A DNA stretch of 64,000 nt. Source: Vicugna vicugna. Taxonomy: Eukaryota. The stretch lies in contig MU058718.1 in assembly GCA_013265495.1 (NCBI GenBank), positions 3,548,081 through 3,612,080 on the forward strand, written 5' to 3'. This document shows, piece by piece, positions 25,221 through 37,135 of this stretch. Both the position numbers and the translations under genes were made by a program. Each line of letters begins with the position of its first letter. Position 1 is the stretch's first letter. The notes under the pieces are model-generated. The model worked only from the letters and a program-made list of their open reading frames with translations. It was not told where the DNA came from and searched no databases.

Positions 25221-27580
25221 TGTTTTCTTTCTTCCTTTTTTTTTTTTTTTGCCCTCCTCCTCCTCCTTCCCCTTCTCCTTTTTTTCTTTTAAGTTGTGAA
25301 AAAAAAAACAAGCTTTATTAGGCCCCCAGCCCTAGTTCTCTTTCTCCTGCACAGTCCGGCGGACAGCAATGAAATCCACTTTCTGGCCGGCAGGAATATT
25401 CTATTTTCTTTTTTACATCTGTGCGTGTGTGCGCGCGCCCTGCGTGGAGCAGAATACATTTCTCACTATGGTAGTAATAAAACAGAAGTCTGAGAGTCAC
25501 GACTTTAAGATCATTTTGGAGAATATACGCTTTCCTTCTCTTTGACCCCTCTTTTTATCTTTTTCCTTTTTGTTTTTCACTTTTTCTGAAGCTTACCCAT
25601 TCCAATCTCCCTCTCTCTCTCTTTCTTTGGTTTCCTTTCATTGAGTACTAGTTTATCTGTCCACGGGGTTAGGAACTACACAATTACTCCACTTGTCCAA
25701 ATTTACCACCTTATTGGAGTTTTGTTTACCTAGCAGCAAACAGCTTACCCTCGCATCGGGACTTCACCCCTTGCAAGGCTTGGCAGGGATACACTTCCAT
25801 AGTGCACGGTCTCCTAGGGGCAGGAACTGTCCTCCACCAAAGCTGCTCCTGGAAAGCCACAGGGCAAAAAGTGAGGACAAAGGAGAAAAAAGAGGAATGA
25901 GGTTCGTTTGGAAGATGTTTGACACGAGCACCAAAGACTTCGTCTGAGAGGCAAGGTGCAACCTCCCTAGACGGAAAATGTGGTCTCCCGTGTGCCGTGT
26001 GCCGGCGCTGTCGGGGCTTTGCCAGCAGAGGGCACAGCAGGGGGCTGCCAACCCATAGAAATGGCACAGGGACCCATCTACGAGGGGCAACAGACCAGCC
26101 TGGAGGAAAGCACCGACGCCTTTCGAGAAAGGACAGTTCCCTTGGAGGACTAGGCCATTTCAAATAACTGATCAGACCAGGGGGATTTTGTTCGCTGCTT
26201 CTTGTAATTGCTATAGCAATGTCAACTTTTGGATGCACATCAAGTCAGAAGAGGAATGAGATCAGGAAGGATCAAAGGAATCTAAGCCTACCTGAGGAGC
26301 CAGCTAGAGGTGGGTTTTCACAGGACCACACCCTGCATGATGAGAAAGATTAAGCCCACGTCAGATCATGTCAGATTCCACCCCTGGAGCCCTTCATAAA
26401 GTGAGTCTGGAATCTTACAGAACTTATTCCAGGAAGCGCAGGATAAGAGCGTGGGCCACGCCCCGCGGAGGCGGAGGGATCAGAGAGGCGGAGGGAATCA
26501 GAGAGCCAGAGGGATCAGAGATGGGGAGCCAAGCCGGGAGGAGAGCCAAGCCGGGATGAGAGAGCAGCAGATGCGTTTGGTCCCAGATTCCATTTCCATC
26601 TGTTTATTCAGGTTGAGAGGGTAGAGGTCCCCATGTTGGTTGAGTAAACAAGGTTGTAAGCCCCAAGTCTAAGGAAATGTTTGCAATATCCAGCAAAATC
26701 TCTGAAATTACAAATCATTATGGCCCATTTCTCAAAAAAAAAAAAAACTGTATGAATTAGAACAGTGGGAAAAAGCTTTCCCCGACATTAATAGTCCCTT
26801 TTCAAATGGTACATTCTAGAAATCAGAGAGCAGAGTCTCTGGTTTGATTTGGCAGATCTAAAAAACAAGGGATTCGTTCATTTATTAAGCACCTATTTCC
26901 CCAGTACCTTTTAGGTGCCAGGTACCACATTTGGGTTACAAAGCAGGATCCTGCCTGGTAGAGCTCCACCTCAAGATAATGGATGAGAACACAAAACAGG
27001 GATTGAGGACATCCCCGAGGGCAGAAATCAAGAAAATGAGGGCGGGGTGCCAGGGTCCGGACGTGGAGAAAGGGGGGTGACTAAAAAGGATGTGACTGAA
27101 CGTTTTACGGTGATGGAAACAGCCTCAAGTGTGATGGTGATTACATGACTGTAAACTTTCACAAAAGTCTCTGCATTGGAAACCTTCTAAGGGTGATTTT
27201 GACTGAATATGAATTATACCTTAACAAACCTGACTTTTAGAAAAGTGACCTAAGAAATGTACAGATAAACTACGGAAACAAACATGTCCTTTCTGACGTT
27301 GTAGAAATGACAAGACAAAGCTGGGTCTACATCCATCAGAAACTAGCAGTTGGATGTTATTTGCACTTCCAGTAGGAAAAGAAATCTTGATTCTACATTG
27401 ATTAATTTTACCACCTCAAATTATTCTGGAAAAAAAAAGGAACGGGGGATAAGACTGACTCTCAGCTGCCACACAGCTGTGGAGGTAAACCGCTGCTGAT
27501 AGAGCATTTGAGGGATGAAGAGCTAGCAAACAACAAATCACTGATTTCCTAAGACTTGGAGAATGTTTCTTCTTGCATTT

Positions 27581-27672
27581 TCTTCTTCTTCTTCTTCTTC
27601 TTCCTCTTCCTCTTCCTCTTCCTCTTCCTCTTCCTCTTCTTCTTCTTCTTCTTCTTCTTCTTCTTCTTCTTT
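27581..27672. repeat. Compound microsatellite (CTT)n(CCTCTT)n(CTT)n
   Basis: Directly visible; lies at the tail of the adjacent minus-strand L1. Confidence 0.97.
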
Positions 27673-28960
27673 TTTGTTGAGATATAATTGACATATAACA
27701 TTATGTTAGTTTTAGGTACACAACATAATGAGCCAACATTTGTATGTATGTTGAAATGATCACCACATTAAGTCTAGTTAACAACCATCACCCCACATAC
27801 TTAACAATATTTTTTTCCTGTGATAAGAACTTTTAAGATCTACTCTCTTAGCAACCTTAAAATATAATGCAGTATAATTAACTAGAGTCACCAAGCTGTA
27901 CTTTACATTCCCAGGACTTATTTATTTTATAACTGGAAGTTTGTTTTGTATCATTTGACCCCCTTCTTCCACTCATCCACCCCACCCCCCACCTCTGGCA
28001 GCAACAACCAATCAGTTCTCTGTATCTGTGAGTTCAGTTTTTCTTTATTTGTTTTTAGGTTCCACATAAGTGAGATCTTTGTCTTTTGTCTTTTTCTGTC
28101 TGACCTATTCCACTTAGCATAATGCTCTCAATGTCCATTAATGTTGTCACAAAAGGCAAGATTTCCTTCTTTTTTTAGAGCTGAGTAATATTCTGTTGTG
28201 TATAGATACATATATGTATATCATATTTTCTTTATCCATTCATCCATTGATGGATCCTTAGATTTGTTTCCATGTCTTGGCTACTGCGAAGCTACAGTGA
28301 ATATACAGGTGCATGTATCTTTCCAAGTTAGTGTTTTTGTTTCCTTCAGATAAATACCCAGAAGTGGAATTCCTGGGTCATATGGTTGTTCTATTTTTAA
28401 TTTTTTGAGGAACCTCCATGCTGTTTCTTATGGTGGCTGTACCAATTTACAATCCCAACAGCAGTGCACAAGCCTTCCCTTTTTTCCGCATCCTTGCTAA
28501 CACTTGTTGTTGCTTGTCTTTTTGATAATAGCCGTTCCAGCAGCTGTAAGGTGATACCTCATTGTGGTTTTGATTTGCATTTCCCTGATGATTAGTGATG
28601 CTGAGCACCTTTCCATGTACCTGTTGGCCATGTGTGTGTCTTCTTTGGAAAAATATCTGCTCAGATCCTCTACCTGTTCTTTTTTTAAATAACAGCTTTA
28701 TTAAGATGTAATTCACAAACCATAAAATTCACCCTTCTAAGGTGTACAATTTAGTGGTTTTAGTATAGTCACAAAATTGTGCGTTTATCCCAACTGTTTA
28801 ATTTTAGAATACTCTCATTACCCAAAAAGAAATCCCATACCCCTTACTGGGTCATGTGGTAATTTCATGTTTAATTTTTTAAGGAACTGCTAAACTGTTT
28901 TCCAAAGTGGCTACACCACAGTAGAATCCCACCAGCATGAGCCCTACTTAAACTATTGCC
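27673..28960 (-). mobile_element. L1 3' region fragments (L1MA/MB-like), two nested pieces
   Basis: tttatccattcatcc, aggaacctccat, gatttgcatttccctgatgattagtgatg motifs. Confidence 0.88.
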
Positions 28961-30084
28961 TTGCATTTTCCCGTGCTCATCCTTTTCACCCTTTCTCAAC
29001 TTTCCATACTGAATTAAAAAACAAAAACGAAAACGAAAAAACATGACGCTGTTGAGATTGAAATGAAACATTAAAGGGAAGTTTGAAGATAGTCCCAGAT
29101 GACAGGGAGTGAGTCAGATAACCCATTCCGATTATTTTTTTGTGTTGTTCAGGTTTTGTGTTGTCTTTGTCTGTATCAGATCTAAGTTAAGATGATTCAT
29201 TATCATTACAAGAGTGAATGTTGGATTATTCTCATGTGCTTGGATTTGAGTGTGTTAATATGGCCTTCCTTTTAGCAAAGAGGGTGGGTTCTTTGAGAAG
29301 AGAGAGTGATGAGAATTGGAACTGGAAGTGCTTCAGTGTCTTCTTTCTTCCAAAGAACTCTGCACATAGCCCATAGGCTCTCCTGTTCCATGGCAAGAGA
29401 CAGGACTCAGTTTCTCCCTGTACCCATGGAAGGACTGAGCCAGGATTAAGCCAAGGGGTGAAAACTGCCTCTACTTCTCTGGATGCTCCTTGTCAAATTC
29501 CTCCTGCCATTCCTTAAAAGTTCGTTGTTCCGCAGGCTTCCTTCCTAGTCCTGCCTCTCTCCTTATGTTATACCAGTGTTTCCAAAATCATGTTCAATTA
29601 TTTGGGCATCTCTTGGCTTAACAGTAAAATATGTTCCTTTGGCCAGGATCTCATGTCTCAAAATTGTTACTTGGCTAATGTTCTTCGAGAATCTCCAAAA
29701 AGGAGGTATAGAATGCAACTCATCACTAAATTCACCCCCGCCCCTCCCTCCTCCAGACCTGTTCATCTTGCAGGATTCCCTCCCTTGAAGAACAGCATCA
29801 TCACACACCAAGTTTCCCAAACTAGAGATTTATCCTTGATTCCTATGCTTCCATTAAGCCGAGAATTCCCTCTCGATAGAATTAAGATTTCTTGATGTGA
29901 TATCTACTTATTTAACAAATATTTACAAAGCACGTTTTCTAAGGTATTTGGTTTGGGAAGCTTACACTGTAATTGTAAGGACAGGACCTACACAGATGAA
30001 GACCTAAATAACAACTTGAGATGTGTCACCAGGTAATAATATATATGGGTTACAGATAATGCGGTGCTGCAATGCTGTAGGCTC

Positions 30085-30744
30085 AGCCGGAAACATCTTT
30101 GTGGGCTGAAGAGGTCAAACAAGAAGTTCAGGGAAATACTGTCCTGTTGCTTAGAAACAACTTTGGAGATGGGAGATCATTTTAAAAAGCTATCCAATAA
30201 AGAAGCTGTGGTATATTTATACAATGGATTACTACTCAGCTAAAAAAAAGGAAGAAAATAACGCCATTTGCAGCAACATGGATGGACCTGGAGATCATCA
30301 TTCTAAGTGAACTAAGCCAGAAAAAGAAAGACAAATGCCATATGATATTGCTTATATGTGAAATCTAAGAAAAGGAACTCATTTGCAAAACAGACAGAGA
30401 CTCACAGACCTAGAAAGCCAGAAACATCTTTGTGGGCTGAAGAGGTCAAACAAGAAGTTCAGGGAAATACTGTCCTGTTGCTTAGAAACACCTTTGGAGA
30501 TGGGAGATCATTTTAAAAAGCTATCCAATAAAGAAGTGTGGTATATTTATACAATGGATTACTACTCAGCTATAAAAAAGGAAGAAAATAACGCCATTTG
30601 CAGCAACATGGATGGACCTGGAGATCATCGTTCTAAGTGAACTAAGCCAGAAAAAGAAAGACAAATGCCATATGATATTGCTTATATGTGAAATCTAAGA
30701 AAAGGAACTTATTTGCAAAACAGACAGAGACTCACAGACCTAGA
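30085..30744 (+). repeat. Direct tandem duplication, period ~331 bp, ~98% identical
   Basis: Copies start at 30085 and 30416; about 6 differences seen. Confidence 0.95.
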
Positions 30745-31030
30745 GAACAAACGTATCATTACCAGACAGGAAAGCAGGTGGGAAGGGATAAATTGAGAAT
30801 TTGAGATTTGCAGATACTAACTACTATATATAAAGTAGATAAACAACAAGTTTCTACCATATAGCACAGGGAACTATATTCAATATCTTATAGTAACCTA
30901 TGATGATAAAGAATATGAAAACAAATAGATGTATATACATGTATGACTGAAACATTATGCTGTACACCAGAAATTGACACAACATTGTAAACTGATTATA
31001 CATTAATAAAATGCTAATAATAATAATAAT
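30197..31030 (+). mobile_element. L1 3' end (artiodactyl type), 5' part tandemly duplicated
   Basis: gccatttgcagcaacatggatggacctggag, atagcacagggaactatattcaatatc, (taa)n tail, TSD gctatccaa. Confidence 0.88.
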
Positions 31031-31650
31031 AAAAGGCTATCCAAAAGGCTCCATAGAATGTTCAGACCAGCAGAGATATATAAGCAATAATTTGCCAGTA
31101 TTTTTATTTTACGCAGAGGAAACTGAGACCCAGAGACACCAAATGTTGGATGTTGGGCTACATTTATTCAGTATTAATTGTGTGCCCACTGCATGCAAAG
31201 GCACAGCATGAGCTCTATTCAAAAGAGCAGGCAAGGTGAGGCTAATTCTTCAAGGGCATCTGGATCTAGTAAGAAACTAAACCTGTGTCAAAGCATTCCA
31301 GAGGGCAGGGCTGGGATGACAAAGTGGGGGGACCAACTGGTAGTTGTAAATGGGGTTACTAGTCCTTCCACTTACCCTTGAAAATAAAAGAATTAAAATA
31401 GTTAATCACAGGTTAGTTATTTCTGCCTTGTAAGTAACTGGGGTGAAAGAATTTACCACCACCTACAGTATCCTATTGTCTCATCAAATATCCAGGAAGG
31501 AGATTCCAAAGCAATCTGTGCAGTGTCCACTCGAGGGACGGTGACACAGCCTGAATTCTTGTGAAGTGGAAACACTGTGGTTGGTTTCAGAACAACATGG
31601 ACAGGAAGAAGGGAGAGTCTCACCATCAAGGATTTTTTTAATTTGACTTC

Positions 31651-31787
31651 TTTTTTTTTAACTAATTTAAAATTTGGGGGAGCAGGTAATTAGGTTTATT
31701 TATTGTTTTAACAGATGTACTGCGGATTGAACCTGGGACTTCCTGCGTGCTAAGCACTCACTCTACAACTGACCTATGTCCTTCCCG
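31651..31787 (-). mobile_element. tRNA-derived SINE (Vic-1-like)
   Basis: Reverse complement of A/B boxes and ggtaattaggttt tail. Confidence 0.8.
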
Positions 31788-33553
31788 CTAGGCTTCTACT
31801 TGAAATATTTTTTAAATGCCCCTCTAACAAATTCAGAGTAAGGGCCCTCCCGTGGTCCACGTTCCAGCCTTAGGGAAAACAGTGATGTGGGGCTTTCACT
31901 CCAGAGGAAGTCATATAGAAAATGCTAAATGATTAGGTGAGAATATGTAAAAATATCTTACGTGCATTGAGAAATTGTTGAAGACCAGAAAGTCGACGGT
32001 GTACTTAAGTAACAGGAACTGACTTTGCAGTCCCAAGAGACAGAAGGTTTCTGGGCTTTCTGGATGCCTGGCATTAGTTTGAAGTCACATCCATGCCTCA
32101 TTGTTTGTAGACTCTCCCAAGACTGTCCTTAAAGTAGCCTCATTTCCTTAGTTCCCCTGTTCATGCCCTGAGTGTACGTGTATGCTCTGAGCACAGCTTG
32201 AAATTAGTGTATTTTTTCATCTTTGCCTTAGTTTTGAAACAAGCAGGGAGAGACCCCAGGGGACCCCATGGGCATGCGCCCTGGTCCACGATGCGAATGC
32301 TGTCAAGTTAGCCTGGGGCGCGCCTTCATTATCCTCACCCTGCCAGCTTTGCATGCGTGGAACAACCCGTCCCTGGAGAGGAGTTTTAAAATAATAATAT
32401 GTAGTGTGAAGTGAGATCATGGATATGAAGGCTCCTCTTTGAAGTTAAAAAAAATTCTCAGCCTTACAAATGCACAGTATTGATGTTATTTATTAATGGA
32501 TGTATTTGACACTGTCTTTGTCCGATTCCCAGGCATATTAGAATGCATTCATTTAAAAAGATAACCGTCAGCATTATGGCTTATAGACTAACACAGAAGT
32601 TTAATTACTAATAAATACTAATATTTACACAAATGTACGCACTGAGGAAGCTGTGCAGCCACTCTCTTCTACTTCACTGCCAACCAAAAGGAATTAAAAA
32701 TTAATGTCAACAGGACACTCCCTCCCTTCCTTTACAGCGTGAGACAAAGGAATGCATGAGGGTAGGGGTGGGGGATGCTCTTTCCTCTCCTGCCTGCCAA
32801 GTGTCCAAGAGGATCGGAACTCCCAAAGGAGCCCGCCCAATCCAGCAGTCACAAATGACTTAGCAAACGCCAGCTCATTAATGAGAGGTGAGTGTGAGTA
32901 GTGTTGTAAGGTGACCTGCTGAGCAGTTTTGAAGCAGAAAGGTTATAATGTTTATCATGCAACTCCATAGTCTTGCATGATAGGAGTCAGGAATCCTTAT
33001 TATGTTTGACACTACTTGTCCAGTGTAGAGCAAAATTTCATGCATGCAGGCTGTGTATGTTCCTAGCACCTAGTATAATACCTGGCACAAAGCAGGGGCT
33101 CATAAGTGTATGCATGAGTATATTCATGAATAATTGAAAAACTTCAGTCTATCTGTACAGCAGCCAGTCCAGGACCACACAATTCCAGTCTCTCCATCAC
33201 ATGCATTCTCTGGCATTCTCTGATTCACACTATAGAATTCTGAACTGCATGATAGTAAGAAGGAGGAACCTAGGGCTGGAAGGTCTACTGGGGAGGCCAT
33301 TGCAGGGTCCCCGGACTTGTTTGCACCTTCCCCACCCAGAGCTGACTTCCCAGCTCAGTGTAGACAGACATCACTCCCTGTGTAAGGTGGAATCCCACCC
33401 TACTCTACCTTTGACCCATCCAAGGATTCGACAGGTGCAGTCCCACTCAGCACGCAGTCATCAAACGCCAACTGCACGTTACACCCTGCTAGGTGCTATG
33501 GGGGAAAGCAGAAATATAACACAAGGCTCCTGATCTCAAGAACTAGCATTATA

Positions 33554-33790
33554 GGGAGGGAGGGTATAGCTCAGTGATATAGTGTGTGCTTAGCATGTAC
33601 AAGGTCCTGGGTTCAATCCCCAGTACCTCCATTAAATAAATAAGTAAATAAGTAGATACACCTAATTACCTCCCCTTTCAAAAAATAAAATACAAATAAA
33701 ATAAATAAATCTATTTTAAAAACTATTTAAAAAGTAAGCATGTAAACTAACAAAAAATAAAGTTGAAACCAAAAAAATTTTTTAAAAAAA
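33554..33790 (+). mobile_element. tRNA-derived SINE (Vic-1-like)
   Basis: A/B boxes, long A-rich tail, TSD aagaacta(g/a)cattat. Confidence 0.87.
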
Positions 33791-34059
33791 GAACTAACAT
33801 TATGCTTAGGAGGACTCTCGGTTATTCTTCATTTATTTTACCATCATATGGAGCATATGTGCTTAGTACTGTTCTAAGTGCCTGGAATTCAACGTTGACC
33901 AAGACAAATAACTTCCTGGCCCTCCTGATGCTGACATTTGAGACAGGGAAGACCAAAAAACAAATAATTTTTGTTTCTATGATAAAAATTCAGGTAAGTG
34001 CTATCAAAATGAAATCAGGTCATAGAGAAACTATTTTATCTGAGGCTTTTAAAAAATGA

Positions 34060-34199
34060 TTATTATTTTTTTCTTTTTGTTTATTTGGGTTTTGGGCGGG
34101 AGGGGATTAGGTTTATATATTTAACAGAGGTACTATGGATTGAACCCAAGACCTCATGCATGCTAAGCGGGCACTCTAAATTGAGCTATACCCTACCCC
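34060..34199 (-). mobile_element. tRNA-derived SINE (Vic-1-like)
   Basis: Reverse-strand A/B boxes. Confidence 0.8.
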
Positions 34200-34257
34200 T
34201 TTTTTCCTAAGATCCTAGTGAGAAGACTTGAGAGGAGACTTCCTCTGGTTGGAAGGA

Positions 34258-34355
34258 ATATTTATTTGGTTTTTCAATGGAGGTACTGGGGATTGAACCC
34301 AGGACCTCATGCGTGCTGAGCATGCACTCTGCCACTTGTGCTATACTCTCCCCCC
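34258..34355 (-). mobile_element. tRNA-derived SINE (Vic-1-like)
   Basis: Reverse-strand A/B boxes. Confidence 0.8.
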
Positions 34356-34429
34356 TTGATGTCTCTTCCAAAAGACTGTCAGATTTCAGGTGGCATACAT
34401 CTGTCTCCAATACAGATCACTTCTCCAAA

Positions 34430-36230
34430 TCTCCCTTGAAGATAGTTGTGGCTGTGTGACATTAGGGAGTGACAGATATGACTTCCTGGAAGTGTCCCTA
34501 AAGGACATGCTTTCTCCTTCCCATTCTCAGGAATACACATTTAAAGGCTACTTCTCCTGCAGATATCTTGAACCATGAGATGTCCTTGAGGATGAAAGCC
34601 ACTTGAGGGCAAACAACAAAACAGAGAGCCTGGGTCCCTGCCCAGCTGGTAAGAAGGCCTTACCAGCCCTGAACTGACTACCTGTCAAACTCCTGAATAT
34701 AAGATAGAAATGTCTACTTTCTTTAAGCCACTAATACTTTGAATTTTTTGAGTTCCAATCAAGATGGCGGAGTAGTAGGAGCACTAACTTGTCTCTCATC
34801 ACAACTACAACAAAACCACAACCGACTTTTGAACAGCCATCCAGAAAAAAGACTGGAGCCTAGCAAAAAAGATCTGCTTCAACTGGAAACATTGAGACAG
34901 AACCACAACAGGATGGCAGGAGGGGTGCACTCACAATATAATTGGGCCCCATACCCCCTGGGCTGGCGATCCACAAGCTGAAGAACAGTTAAGTCACAGA
35001 GGCCCTCCCACAGGAGTGAGAGTTCTGAGCCCCACGTCAGGCTCCCCAGCCCAGGGTTCTGGCAGTGGGGGGAGGAAACCCCAGGACATCTGGTTCTAAA
35101 GGCCAGTGGGGCTTAACTTCAGGAGCCCCACAGGACTAGAGAAGACAGAGACTTAACACTCTTGGGAAGCACACACAGGATCTCATGTGCACCAGCTCCA
35201 GGGGCAAAGACAGTGATTGCATAGGAACCTGGGCCAGACCGGCCTGCTGGTTTTGGAGATTCTCTGGTGGAGTTAGGGGACTGCTGCAGCTCACCCCAGG
35301 GGACACAGAAGGTGGTGACAGACATTCCAGGAGTGTTCATCTAACATGAGCTTCGCTGGAGGCTGACATCTTGATTGGATCATTAGCAGCAAGTCCCAGC
35401 CCCATCCAACAGCCTGTAGGCTTAAGGACTGGGAACCCTGAGGCCAAAACAACATACTGGGTGGAAACACAGCCTTACCCATCAGCAGACTTTCTGGGCC
35501 ACAAATGCCTCTAGGCAGGGCCCTACCCACCAGAGGTCCAGGGCAAGCTTCACCCAGCAGTGGGCAGACACCAACCTCTCCTGCCAGGAAACCTACATAA
35601 GCCTCTAGCCCAGGCTCAGCCACCAGGGGGCAGATACCAGAAATAAGAAGACAGTAGCCCCAAGCCTGTGGAAGGAATCCACAAATACAGGCCAGACTCT
35701 GCGCTGGGACCAGCTCCACCCTGCCCCTTGGGTGACAAGAGAGCAGTGTACTGAGGGGATGCATAGGATGTCTCCCACAGAGGGCCACTCCTCCAAGGTC
35801 AAGAATCATAACTAGCCCGTCTAAAATCACAGAGAGAAAGACAGACAAAATGAGGCGGCAGAGGAGTATCCTCCAGGACAAGGCACAAGATAAAATCACA
35901 GAAGAAGAAATACGTGATGAGGAGATAGGCAATTTATCCGAGAAAGAGTTTAGAATGATGATGGGGAAGATGTTCGGAGAACTCAAGTGAAGTACAGATG
36001 CGCAGAGCAAAGTTTTTAGCAAAGAGCTGGAAAATACAAATACCCAAAGTTGAAGAATAAAATCATCGAAATGAGTAACACACTAGAAGGAACCAAGAGT
36101 AGGCTAAATGAGACAGAAGAATGGGTTAGTGAGCTAGAAGACAGATTAGTGGAAATTACTATTGCAGAACAGAAAAAACAAAGAATGAATTTTTCTGTTA
36201 CTTCCAGCTGAACTCAAACCCAACTAAATC
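34430..36230 (+). mobile_element. MLT1-type LTR split by the L1 (pieces ~34430-34748 and ~36186-36230)
   Basis: agagcctgggtccctg...tttaagccact and ctgttacttccagctgaa...aactaaatca resemble MLT1 3' motifs. Confidence 0.65.
34749..36185 (+). mobile_element. L1 5' UTR plus N-terminal part of ORF1, 3'-truncated
   Basis: Begins caagatggcggag (typical L1 5' end); ORF1-like MRRQRSILQDKAQDKITEEEIRDEEIGNLSEKEFRMMMGKMFGELK* from ATG 35850; flanked by tgaattttt duplication. Confidence 0.85.
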
Positions 36231-37135
36231 ACACTCTGAATCATTATTTCTCTTATAGAACTGTACCTTTCCCCCAACCTATAAGTAAAATCAGCAATCC
36301 AAGAAGATATACTGTATTTCTCCTGTAGTTTCAAGATCTCCTGCTAAGCCCTGACCCACCCCCATTCATCTACGGACACTCATATGGCAATGGAAGCAGC
36401 ATGGCCCCAGCTGGACGGTGGCAGGGAGGGTGGACAGTAGCAAGGGCAAGGGCAGAAGGCTGAAGGTTGGCTTGGGCTCCAGGCCTTCTGCTGCTTCCTT
36501 CCTGAGGGCACCTGGGGAAACGGACCCCTCCAGGCTGAGCTGCCGGGCCTCAGGTCTAGGTGGCATTGGCCATGCTACTCTGAGACATCTAAAATTGTTA
36601 AACAACCAACAGATCTCTCGCTCTGTTGAAGAGACCAACCTAGACTGATGAAATGCTTCACACCGGGTCTCTATACTTAGAAAAATCCTGTTATTTGACA
36701 AATTGCAGGACTGACCAACGGATTCTCTTTAATGGTAGCTCAGTGGGCAGCTCCATTGACAGCCCCAAGAGCAACCTCCAGTAAAGACACAATCAGAACA
36801 GTGTGTTTAAATGCAAATGCACCCTCCTTGAGACATTCCCTCCAACACACACATTCAGTCAGACAGTTACCCTAAGGCTCCTGTTTAGACATTCTGGAGC
36901 CCCTGATGCCCAGTTTCTCAGCTGCTTTTGCATATGTTGCTTGGCACCTTGTTTCTTAGAGTTAAGTGTCCACAGATGTGCCAAAACTGGGTATCACTAG
37001 AGATACAGAGAAGACTCTGGTCAGAGCAATCTAAATGGCCCAGAAACACTGGATTCATATCTCAGTTTGTATCCCATGGTTTCTGACCTCCCCTCTAGTG
37101 TGGTAAAGCTGATCTTGACCTTAGTTCACGGAAGC

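Noticed and set aside
27416..27694. Protamine-like poly-Arg/RG ORF
   Set aside because: Translation of the (GAA)/(GAGGAA) microsatellite at an L1 tail
30085..30744. Possible CRISPR-like or array structure
   Set aside because: Only two long units with no repeat-spacer pattern; eukaryotic DNA
35291..36022. 243-aa minus-strand ORF
   Set aside because: Antisense to L1 5' UTR/ORF1; no independent evidence of coding
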